Shown here piece by piece: positions 28,150 through 36,485 of a stretch of 64,000 bases of DNA. How positions within the stretch are numbered: position 1 is the first letter of the stretch; every line of letters starts with the position of its first letter. The translations under genes and the position numbers were made by a program. This stretch comes from Oceanispirochaeta sp. (GTDB lineage: Bacteria; Spirochaetota; Spirochaetia; DSM-2461): NCBI GenBank assembly GCA_963666275.2, contig CAXXOA010000002.1, positions 1,504,001 through 1,568,000 of the forward strand. Reading direction: 5' to 3'. The notes beneath the pieces were generated by a model. It saw only the letters and a list, made by a program, of their open reading frames with translations, had not been told where the DNA came from and did not search any database.

Positions 28150-28952
28150 AAGCTTTCTCTGGACAGGGGCTCTCCTACAAACATACCTTCACCTCCCAGG
28201 TATTCCTTCTGGGAGCCTTCAATGAGAATCTGTACCTGATCTATATTTGAAAACTCCGTCGCCGTATAGACAATCTGTTTCAGCTGGGCTATGTAGCCTT
28301 CCCGGCCCAGAGAATTGAACCTGAAGGCTTCATTGAAGTTCAGATAGGCTGTATTGCCTTCCACTCTGGCCGAGAGCAGTCTGGTTCCGTCGGGAACCAG
28401 AGTCAGTGATCCCTTATTGATTTCATCTGATGACGGCCCTTTGAGGAGGGTGTTGATTGTCTGTGTGAGAGGGGAGCCTGTATGGGTTATGTCCCTGGTT
28501 AAGCCTTTGAGGGTTATCTGGCCCTCCGTATTGACTTTGACAAAAAACAGCCTGGCTTCCCTTGTTCTGTTTTCCTTGTCAGTCTCTTCTTCAGCTGCCG
28601 GGGGCTCTAGGGTTTTTTCCGGTTCCGGTACCGTTGGAATGACTGCTGCTTCTGGTATGGGCTCTTCTTCCGGTACAAGCCTCTGAACATCGGGAAGAGA
28701 GCTGTCTTCCCTGGATACTGCAGTGGGGTTCTGCCAGAACTGAATTCGGCGGGGCTGAAAAAACAGAAATACAAGAACTCCCATAAAGAGTATAACCAGA
28801 ACAAGGAGTGTAATCGTCACTGCCTGGGCCGGTTTGAGCTTTTCTTTGGTCACGGGCTGTTTTTCCGGTTTCTTTTTGGGAGAAGGGGTTTCCTTTTTTT
28901 GTCCGGTACTCATCTTTCTGAATTCTTTGGGTCTTTCTTCCTGCTTTTTCAT
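28134..28952 (-). CDS. Single-TM protein with C-terminal GerMN-like domain
   Basis: Basic N-terminus, TM, Pro/Glu linker; LLKGPS...VPDGTRLLS...AYLNFN...QIVYTATEF...VQILIEG. Confidence 0.8.
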   Translation of the reverse strand: MKKQEERPKEFRKMSTGQKKETPSPKKKPEKQPVTKEKLKPAQAVTITLLVLVILFMGVLVFLFFQPRRIQFWQNPTAVSREDSSLPDVQRLVPEEEPIPEAAVIPTVPEPEKTLEPPAAEEETDKENRTREARLFFVKVNTEGQITLKGLTRDITHTGSPLTQTINTLLKGPSSDEINKGSLTLVPDGTRLLSARVEGNTAYLNFNEAFRFNSLGREGYIAQLKQIVYTATEFSNIDQVQILIEGSQKEYLGGEGMFVGEPLSRESFQSLP

Positions 28953-29012
28953 ACATGTTGATTATCGGATTATATAGAGTTTATGTATAGGGAAAACATG
29001 GAGCGCACAAGT

Positions 29013-29041
29013 TTGACAGCAGATTGAAAGTTGCGTATTAT
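29013..29041 (+). promoter_or_regulatory. sigma70 promoter directly abutting the ptsI start
   Basis: TTGACA-17 nt-TATTAT, 8 nt before ATG 29050. Confidence 0.7.
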
Positions 29042-29049
29042 TAGAGCAA

Positions 29050-30792
29050 ATGAAAGAGTTCCATGGAATTTCCGCTTCTCCGGGAATCGTCATATCCAAG
29101 GCGTACTTATACAACGAAGAGAATTTCTCTGTTCCCCGTTATCAGATTAGCGAGGAAGATATTGAACATGAAATTGTCCGATATAAAAAAGCTATCCGTA
29201 TAGCAGCAGAAGAACTCAATCAGTTGAAAGACAAGATTACGGAAGAACATAGTGAGGATGAAGCGCGATTCCTTGATTCTCATTTACTGATGCTCCATGA
29301 TCCGATTTTTACAGATCAGATATATGAAAAGCTGAGACATGCAAAAACTAATATAGAATGGGTTGTTCAGAATGTTGTGAACGATCTGGTCGCCAGGCTT
29401 AATGCTTCGCCCGATCTCTACCTTCGCGAGCGCTCAATGGATATCGATGATGTATCCAAGCGGGTGATTAACCATCTGATGTTCCGGGAGAGGATCTCCC
29501 TGGCTGATATTTCTTCAGAGGTTGTTCTGGTTACGCCTGATCTGCTCCCTTCTGACACCCTGCTGATGAATAAAAGGATGGTTACCGGGATTGTTATGGA
29601 TGCGGGGGGAAGAACTTCCCATACAGCCATCCTGGCCCGTTCCTTCGGGATCCCCGCAGTTCTGGGGCTCCGGGATATAACCAAAGAGGTTAATAACAGC
29701 GATACCCTGATCGTCGACGGGCTGAGAGGAAAGGTTATTCTCGATCCTGATGAGGAGACCCGGGATAAATATCTGCGAATGCAGATGGACTATATGAAAC
29801 GGGAGTCGGAGCTTATCAATCTGAGCACCCTTCCCTCGGAAACCCAGGACGGGAAAAAGATCCTGCTGAAAGCCAACATTGAAATTGCTGAGGAGCTGGA
29901 GTCTGTTCATGCCTACAATGCCGAAGGCATAGGCTTGTTCCGCAGTGAATTCCTTGTGATGCAGCCCGGGCAGGAACAGGACGAGGAAAATCAGTATATA
30001 GCCTATAAAAAGATCCTGGAAGGCATGAATGGAGCTCCCGTCACCATCAGGACACTGGATGTGGGCGGCGATAAACTGATAAACGAAATTGCTCAGAAAG
30101 AAGAAAAAAATCCCCTCCTGGGATGGCGGGCCATTCGGTTCTGTCTGGAGCGGACTGATATCTTCAAGGTGCAGCTCAGGGCTCTTCTGCGGGCATCCGT
30201 CTACGGGCATCTCAGGATCATGTTTCCCATGATTTCGGGGATTGAAGAACTGGAGAAAGCTCATGACGTTCTGGATGAAGTAAAAAGGGAATTGACCTCT
30301 CAGGGTATTGCCTTTGCAGAGCATATTCCTGTAGGATGCATGATCGAAGTCCCCTCGGCGGCCCTGACCTCTGACATCCTGGCCAGAAAAGCGGACTTCT
30401 TTTCAATTGGAACGAATGACCTTATTCAGTATACAATCGCTGTAGACCGGGGCAATGAAAAAATCTCGAATATGTATGAACCCTTTCATCCGGCTGTCCT
30501 CAGACTGATCAAGATGGTGGTGCAAAACGGCCACAATGCAGGCATTCCTGTCGGTATGTGCGGAGAGATGGCAGGAGATCCTGTCGCCGCAGTCATACTT
30601 CTGGGCCTGGGGCTGGATGAATTGAGTATGAGCCCTTTCAGCGTACCTGAAATAAAAAGGATTATCCGTGCCGCCACGATCCTGGAAGCGGAGGAATTCC
30701 TGGGAACCCTTGCCGAGATGAGGAGTTTCAAGGATATCGACCGTTATGTCCGGGAATGGATGGAGGAACGATTTGACATTATCACAGGATAA
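29050..30792 (+). CDS. ptsI: PTS enzyme I (PEP-protein phosphotransferase)
   Basis: GGRTSHTAILARS phospho-His site; GIGLFRSEF; SIGTNDLIQY; CGEMAGD. Confidence 0.96.
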   Translation: MKEFHGISASPGIVISKAYLYNEENFSVPRYQISEEDIEHEIVRYKKAIRIAAEELNQLKDKITEEHSEDEARFLDSHLLMLHDPIFTDQIYEKLRHAKTNIEWVVQNVVNDLVARLNASPDLYLRERSMDIDDVSKRVINHLMFRERISLADISSEVVLVTPDLLPSDTLLMNKRMVTGIVMDAGGRTSHTAILARSFGIPAVLGLRDITKEVNNSDTLIVDGLRGKVILDPDEETRDKYLRMQMDYMKRESELINLSTLPSETQDGKKILLKANIEIAEELESVHAYNAEGIGLFRSEFLVMQPGQEQDEENQYIAYKKILEGMNGAPVTIRTLDVGGDKLINEIAQKEEKNPLLGWRAIRFCLERTDIFKVQLRALLRASVYGHLRIMFPMISGIEELEKAHDVLDEVKRELTSQGIAFAEHIPVGCMIEVPSAALTSDILARKADFFSIGTNDLIQYTIAVDRGNEKISNMYEPFHPAVLRLIKMVVQNGHNAGIPVGMCGEMAGDPVAAVILLGLGLDELSMSPFSVPEIKRIIRAATILEAEEFLGTLAEMRSFKDIDRYVREWMEERFDIITG

Positions 30793-32119
30793 GATCCCCG
30801 GATTACCCCGGGTTGTTATTGCGGGCAGACCCAATGTGGGAAAGTCCACACTATTCAATAGAATCATCGGAAAAAGAAAAGCGATTACCGATCCCACTCC
30901 CGGAGTTACCCGGGATACCATACGGGAAAAGTGTATCATGGGCGGACGGGAACTGATGCTCATGGATACCGGCGGTTTCAAGCTGGAACGAGACGATGAT
31001 TTTGATGAGCTCGTTTCGGAAAAAAGTCTGCAGATGCTGAACTCGGGAGATCTTATTCTCTTCCTTATGGATGTGAATGATATTACCAGTGAAGATGAAA
31101 CATTTATTGAGCATCTGAGGCCCTTCAAGGAGAAGGTTCTTCTTGTGGTAAACAAGGTGGACCACCCGGAGAAGGAGAATGAGATCTGGAACCTCTACTC
31201 ACTGGGGTTCGATCATATCATCGGCATTTCCGCTACCCATGGGAAAAATGTGGATGCCCTGTATGAGAAAGTCCTCTCTATGATTGATTTTTCCCGGTTT
31301 GATCCTTCTCTTGAGAAAGATCTGGTTCCGGATATCAGTATAGCCATACTGGGAAAACCCAATTCGGGAAAGTCCACTCTGACCAATAAACTCAGCGGCG
31401 CTGAACATGCGATCGTTTCACCTATTGCAGGGACAACCCGGGATGTTATTGAAGGTCGTTTTGCCTATAAGGGGCAGAATTTCAGGGTTCTTGATACAGC
31501 AGGGATCCGGAAAAAGAAAAAAGTTATTGAAGATGTGGAGTATTACTCGGTCAACAGGGCTTTCAAATCCATTGAAGAAGCGGATGTTATCCTTCTTCTG
31601 ATCGATGTCAATGAAGGGCTGACCGAGCAGGACAAGAAGATTACCCAGCAGATTATCAACAAAGGAAAGGGTGTTCTTCTGGTTCTCAATAAATGGGATA
31701 CAACCGACAAGAGCAAGGAAACCTGGGAAAAGACAAAAGAACGGGTGGAATTCCTCTTTCCTGTTCTGCACTTCGCTCCCATTCTGGCGGTTTCCGGCCT
31801 CCAGGGATCGGGGATTGATAAACTCCTGGATGAGGTTTTAAAGGTTTACAGACAGCTGACAAAGCGGATAGAGACAAGTGTTCTGAATGAGGCTCTGGCA
31901 GACTGGGTGGATTTTAATCCGATTCCTTCGGTGAAAAACAGACGGTATAAACTCCGTTATATGACCCAGGTCTCTTCTCATCCTGTGAAATTTATCGCAT
32001 TTGTTAACAGATTAAGCGGATTTCCCGATTCTTATAAGAGATACATTATGAATCAGATCCGCAAAGAGTTCGGAATGTCAAAGATTCCCATCACTCTTGA
32101 CTTGAAGGAACGTTCCTGA
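30773..32119 (+). CDS. der: Ribosome biogenesis GTPase Der (EngA)
   Basis: Two G domains (GRPNVGKS/DTGG/NKVD and GKPNSGKS/DTAG/NKWD) plus KH-like tail; TTG 30773 after SD GGAGG. Confidence 0.96.
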   Translation: MTLSQDKIPGLPRVVIAGRPNVGKSTLFNRIIGKRKAITDPTPGVTRDTIREKCIMGGRELMLMDTGGFKLERDDDFDELVSEKSLQMLNSGDLILFLMDVNDITSEDETFIEHLRPFKEKVLLVVNKVDHPEKENEIWNLYSLGFDHIIGISATHGKNVDALYEKVLSMIDFSRFDPSLEKDLVPDISIAILGKPNSGKSTLTNKLSGAEHAIVSPIAGTTRDVIEGRFAYKGQNFRVLDTAGIRKKKKVIEDVEYYSVNRAFKSIEEADVILLLIDVNEGLTEQDKKITQQIINKGKGVLLVLNKWDTTDKSKETWEKTKERVEFLFPVLHFAPILAVSGLQGSGIDKLLDEVLKVYRQLTKRIETSVLNEALADWVDFNPIPSVKNRRYKLRYMTQVSSHPVKFIAFVNRLSGFPDSYKRYIMNQIRKEFGMSKIPITLDLKERS

Positions 32120-32144
32120 GCGGTTTCTGATCCGGGAGAGGTTT

Positions 32145-33494
32145 ATGTTCTATCAGAACCTGAAATATCGGGTTTTTTCTGTTCTCTTTCTACTCACCGC
32201 ATCCCTCCTCTGGTCCCAGTCTTCTTTCATAGAAGAAGAAAGGATTCTGGAGGAGGCGGGCTTTCTGGAGAATGCAGAGGTCCGGATGGGTATGGAAGAC
32301 ACAATCAAGGCCCCTTTCTACTCCCTTCTTACAAGACAGAAAGAGATCCATCAGCAGATCCTGAATCCTATCGCAGTCGAGTTTGAGCTGAGAAAATCAG
32401 CCGAATCCTTCTATCTCCTTTTCAAGAATGAGCAGGATTACAGGTATCCTGTCTGGGGAAGGGGAAATTATATAATCAAAAGGGATCTCCGTTCAGGGGA
32501 TTTTGAGCAGATAAAAATATTTCTGCAGAATGATGAACACACCTTTCTCCGCCTCTTTCCTCTGGATGAAAAACGTTCTGTACTGGATCTTGTCCTTTAC
32601 GGGGTGACTCTCTACGAGGGAATTGTGATTCCCGTATCTCTTGAGGATCTCTCTGTTTCTCCTTTTACCCGTCTGATGCATCTTACAAGAGGAACAATCC
32701 AATGGGATCTACTCTTTACTGTCCGGGAGTATCCCGAGTGGTCGGTCATGGCCTCTCTTGTGGAAAAGATCTCATCCGGTCTGGATTCTCTTCATGAAGT
32801 GGATGATGCCGCTCAGAACAGTTTGGGGAATTTTGTTCTCATCGAGGACGGGACGGCACTTGAAGCTCCCGGCGGGGTGAACTGTTCGGGGTTTGCCAAA
32901 TGGGTGGCCGACGGTCTCATTCTGGGGGAGAGCAAGGCTCTTCCGGAAGCTCTGATTTCCATTAATCGGCTGAAACAGCCTACAGATCCACCCGACGAAA
33001 GAGAAGAGAATCCCTGGAGTGCCGCCCGGGAGGACCGGGATCCCTATTTCGGTCTGGACTGGACCCGGAATCTCTCCTCGATCCTTTCGGAATTTGAAAA
33101 GGAAGATGCCGCCGGCGATCCCAGGGCTCATGATGTGAGGGATGTGCCGTTTTACACATATCGCGAAAATATCGGATATCCTCTGGAAAATATCAAATCC
33201 GTGCTGTATCTTCTTGCTGTGAAGAATCCCGGGGCATTTTATATGGGGTCGATCAACTCTCTTTTCGGAGAGGATCCGGTTTTGTGGCAGTACCACCACA
33301 TTGCTCTCTTTTTTCCCTGGTTTTCCGAAAAAGGGGACTTTCAGCTCTCTGTTCTGGAAACGGGAGTGACTTCCTCTCTTGAGAATCTGGAAGCCAGGTA
33401 TCCTGAAAGCTTCGTTCACCTGGTACGTGTGGACGGGGCAGATAAGTTTAAAAATCCATCGGACTTTGGTAAAGCCGCCGATATGCTGGAGTAG
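32145..33494 (+). CDS. Secreted hypothetical protein with possible papain/NlpC-like Cys-His pair
   Basis: Signal-peptide-like N-terminus; GVNCSGFAKWV and QYHHIALF motifs. Confidence 0.75.
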   Translation: MFYQNLKYRVFSVLFLLTASLLWSQSSFIEEERILEEAGFLENAEVRMGMEDTIKAPFYSLLTRQKEIHQQILNPIAVEFELRKSAESFYLLFKNEQDYRYPVWGRGNYIIKRDLRSGDFEQIKIFLQNDEHTFLRLFPLDEKRSVLDLVLYGVTLYEGIVIPVSLEDLSVSPFTRLMHLTRGTIQWDLLFTVREYPEWSVMASLVEKISSGLDSLHEVDDAAQNSLGNFVLIEDGTALEAPGGVNCSGFAKWVADGLILGESKALPEALISINRLKQPTDPPDEREENPWSAAREDRDPYFGLDWTRNLSSILSEFEKEDAAGDPRAHDVRDVPFYTYRENIGYPLENIKSVLYLLAVKNPGAFYMGSINSLFGEDPVLWQYHHIALFFPWFSEKGDFQLSVLETGVTSSLENLEARYPESFVHLVRVDGADKFKNPSDFGKAADMLE

Positions 33495-33594
33495 GGATAG
33501 AAGGGGAGGATGCGGCGCATCGATTCCCGTTCTTTATTCAGCGGCAGGTTTTCTGCAGAGCAGAAAGTCCGATAGCTATAATAGGAGTGATTGA

Positions 33595-34230
33595 ATGTTG
33601 GACATTATTTCGAAAGGCGGACCGATTCTGTGGATGATTATGGTGCTGTCTGTTGTGGCAACGGCAATAATTATTGAGCGGCTTTTATATTTTAAACGGA
33701 TAAAAGTAGATGAAGATAAACTCTTTCAGAGAATCAAAGGGGCTATTGAAAAACAGCACTTTGATGAAGCCCTCTCCATATGTGATTCCAATGTTTCTCC
33801 CCTGACCGGTTTGATGCAGGTGGGGATCAATCACAGAGATCAGCCGGATTATGTTCAGAAAGAGGTCCTCAAGGATGCGGCCCGTCAGGAAATTCCCCAG
33901 CTGGAACGGTTCCTGACTCCCCTGGGAACCATAGCCCATATCTCTCCGCTGCTGGGGCTTCTGGGAACCGTTACGGGTAATATTAAATCCTTCGGTATCC
34001 TCGGAGGCGGTATTTCCATGGGAGATCCCTCCATTCTGGCGAAAGGAATCTCCGAAGCTCTGATCACAACCGCGGCGGGTCTGATTGTTTCCATTCCGGC
34101 AGTTATCTTCTACAACTATCTCGTTAATAAAGTGGAGACGATCCTCATAAAGATGGAGAATCAGGTAAACGAAATGATCCTGCTCCTGAAAGGAAAAGCC
34201 ACTGACCAGTCCACAGGAGAAGCCCTATGA
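33595..34230 (+). CDS. exbB: MotA/TolQ/ExbB proton-channel protein
   Basis: LGTIAHISPLLGLLGTVTG; GISEALITTAAGLIVSIPA. Confidence 0.9.
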   Translation: MLDIISKGGPILWMIMVLSVVATAIIIERLLYFKRIKVDEDKLFQRIKGAIEKQHFDEALSICDSNVSPLTGLMQVGINHRDQPDYVQKEVLKDAARQEIPQLERFLTPLGTIAHISPLLGLLGTVTGNIKSFGILGGGISMGDPSILAKGISEALITTAAGLIVSIPAVIFYNYLVNKVETILIKMENQVNEMILLLKGKATDQSTGEAL

Positions 34231-34643
34231 TGTTTGAGAGGCGGTTGAAGCCTCACATCAATGTGGATCTGACTCCCCTTATCGATGTGGTGTTTCAGCT
34301 TGTGATTTTTTTCATGATCTCCAGTGTTTTCAATACGGCTCCCGGTATCACTCTGGATCTGCCAGAATCGGCCACTTCAGAGAATGTGGAGATTACTGAG
34401 CTCCGTTTGACTGTCATTTCAGAGGACGAGATCTATGTGAACAAGGATCTCTGCGATCTCAATACTCTTGAGGAAACCATACAGCTGGTCCGGGAACGGG
34501 ATGGGATTGAAGATCCTGTGGTTGTTCTGGACGGAGAGAAGAATATTCCCTATCAGCTTATGATTGAGATGCTGGATGCTCTGAGGAAACAGGGTTACGA
34601 CGGAGTGAATCTTGTAACCAGCGAGAAGAACAGGGACAGCTGA
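34227..34643 (+). CDS. exbD: ExbD/TolR biopolymer transport protein
   Basis: VDLTPLIDVVFQLVIFFM with the conserved TM Asp. Confidence 0.92.
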   Translation: MMFERRLKPHINVDLTPLIDVVFQLVIFFMISSVFNTAPGITLDLPESATSENVEITELRLTVISEDEIYVNKDLCDLNTLEETIQLVRERDGIEDPVVVLDGEKNIPYQLMIEMLDALRKQGYDGVNLVTSEKNRDS

Positions 34644-35596
34644 TGACTCCATATCAGATAAGCTGGCAGAAAAAAAGGACCAGGGACAGTATCCTGGCGG
34701 CTGTTCTGCTCCACCTCCTGCTGATCGGCGGCATGCTTCTTTTCGGACTGCTTTTCCGGGAGAATCTGGAAGAGTTTTCCGGCCCCGTTCTTGTAAAGCT
34801 GGGAGAACCCGAAGGGGCGGACCTGCCCCTTCCCCCCGAACCGGTGGATCAGGAAAGCATCCCCGAGGAGACTCAGCCCGAGCCTCTGGATACGCCTGAG
34901 GAAGCTCCCGTTCCGGAAGAGACGTCCATTCCCGAAGAGGTGCCCCGGACTCTGCCTGAGACGCAGAATGCGGCAGAACAGCAGACTCCTGTGGATTCGG
35001 CCGAAACCGCACCGGTCCAGCCTGTCTCTCCTCCCCAGACGGTGGAAGCTCCGGCGGCTCCCGAACCGGTTAAGATTCAGGGCAGCGATGCGGGGAATGC
35101 CTATGAAACAGTCCTGGCTACCGATGAGGGCCGGGTTGGAAGGAATCTCTGGATTCCCATCAGCCTCTATATGCCTTTGCCTGTGAATATCGAATCCTCT
35201 GTTATAGACAATATCCGCGGGGATTCTCTGAATACTCCGGAAGATTATAAAAGACTTCTTCTTCGTTATTACACTGAAGATCCCGTTCGGGATGGGGTCT
35301 ATCTGCTTGAATCCAATGTTTCACTGCCCGAGCGGCCGACTATCTGGAACCTGCTGGAGAATCAGACAGACTATGATGTAAGTCAGGCTGAATATAAAAC
35401 CGGCCGTACTCTTAATCCTGTGGTGCTGACATTTACAGTGAACCCGGAAACAAATCGGCTGGAAGATGTGGAACTGGATAGAACCAGCGGTTACGGTGAA
35501 ATTGATGAAGCTGTTCTTTACGGTTTTCAGGCTTCCCAGTACTACAATTCCACTGACCGAAAAATAAAGGGCCGTTTTACATACAGGTTCAACTGA
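34643..35596 (+). CDS. TonB/TolA-like energy transducer
   Basis: TM with His (AVLLHLLL), Pro/Glu-rich linker, TonB_C-like end (FTVNP...RTSGYGEIDEAV). Confidence 0.75.
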   Translation: MTPYQISWQKKRTRDSILAAVLLHLLLIGGMLLFGLLFRENLEEFSGPVLVKLGEPEGADLPLPPEPVDQESIPEETQPEPLDTPEEAPVPEETSIPEEVPRTLPETQNAAEQQTPVDSAETAPVQPVSPPQTVEAPAAPEPVKIQGSDAGNAYETVLATDEGRVGRNLWIPISLYMPLPVNIESSVIDNIRGDSLNTPEDYKRLLLRYYTEDPVRDGVYLLESNVSLPERPTIWNLLENQTDYDVSQAEYKTGRTLNPVVLTFTVNPETNRLEDVELDRTSGYGEIDEAVLYGFQASQYYNSTDRKIKGRFTYRFN

Positions 35597-35607
35597 GTAG
35601 AAACAGC

Positions 35608-35636
35608 TTGCAAATACCCTTTCATTAGGGTACTGT
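35608..35636 (+). promoter_or_regulatory. sigma70 promoter upstream of the structured RNA and HAD operon
   Basis: TTGCAA-17 nt-TACTGT; contains a TACCCT/AGGGTA inverted repeat. Confidence 0.6.
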
Positions 35637-35648
35637 AGAAACAGAAAT

Positions 35649-35780
35649 CTGCTTTCAGAAAAGTATCACATATTTATTGCAGTGTTAGCGAATGAATCTG
35701 ATAGTCTCATGTTCGCTGACAGGGTTTTACCTGACTTTCCGGTTACTCTGTCGGGAATCGACTGTTTATTCTGAAGGCGG
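35649..35780 (+). ncRNA. Candidate structured RNA (about 130 nt, multibranch), family unassigned
   Basis: 12-bp closing stem CTGCTTTCAGAA/TTCTGAAGGCGG enclosing GCAGT/ACTGT, GTTAGCGAA/TTCGCTGAC and CCTGAC/GTCGGG helices; starts just after a promoter. Confidence 0.5.
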
Positions 35781-35813
35781 CTAATTTTATATTCTGGACG
35801 GTTTTGCTGAATT

Positions 35814-36482
35814 ATGGCTGTAAAAGCGGTTGCCTTTGATATCGACGGGACTCTTTATCCCAACTGGAGAATGAAATTTCATTCCATTCCATTCCTCTTC
35901 TCTCATATCAACCTGATCATGAATTTTTCCCGGGTCAGGAAAGATATCCGGAAAATCGAGAAAATCGACAATTTTCACGAGATACAGGCGACTCTCATGT
36001 CCCAGATCACGGGCATGGACGTGGCTACGGCCAAGGAGACGCTGGACAGGATCGTCTATAAAAAGTGGGAGAAAATCTTCCGCAGAGTCAGGCCCTACGG
36101 CGGTCTGGATAAAACCCTGAGGCAACTGAGGGAGAAAGGCTATAAGCTGGGAGTCCTTTCGGATTTTCCCGTGGGCAATAAACTCAATTATTTCCGGGTC
36201 GACGGACATTGGGATGTGGCCATGTCCTCCGAGGAGACGGGGTACCTGAAACCCCACGCCGCTCCCTTTCTGGAACTGGCTTCCCGGCTGGGCTGCAGGC
36301 CCGAAGAGGTTATATACGTGGGAAACAGCATTGAGTACGACATAGAAGGTGCATCGGCTGCAGGGATGAAAACAGTTTATATCAACTGGAAAAAGCAGGA
36401 CCTCCCCCAGGCGGATGTTTCCATCACCTCTTACAGGCACTTTGTGGAGAAAATAGCTTTCCTGCTGGAAGAACAGGAGTAG
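35814..36482 (+). CDS. HAD-superfamily hydrolase
   Basis: AFDIDGTLY motif I; LSD; KP; VGNSIEYDIEGA motif IV. Confidence 0.92.
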   Translation: MAVKAVAFDIDGTLYPNWRMKFHSIPFLFSHINLIMNFSRVRKDIRKIEKIDNFHEIQATLMSQITGMDVATAKETLDRIVYKKWEKIFRRVRPYGGLDKTLRQLREKGYKLGVLSDFPVGNKLNYFRVDGHWDVAMSSEETGYLKPHAAPFLELASRLGCRPEEVIYVGNSIEYDIEGASAAGMKTVYINWKKQDLPQADVSITSYRHFVEKIAFLLEEQE

Positions 36483-36485
36483 GGT

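Noticed and set aside
28591..28956. 121-aa minus-strand ORF starting 4 nt upstream of the GerMN gene
   Set aside because: Off-frame overlap with a better-supported gene; no features
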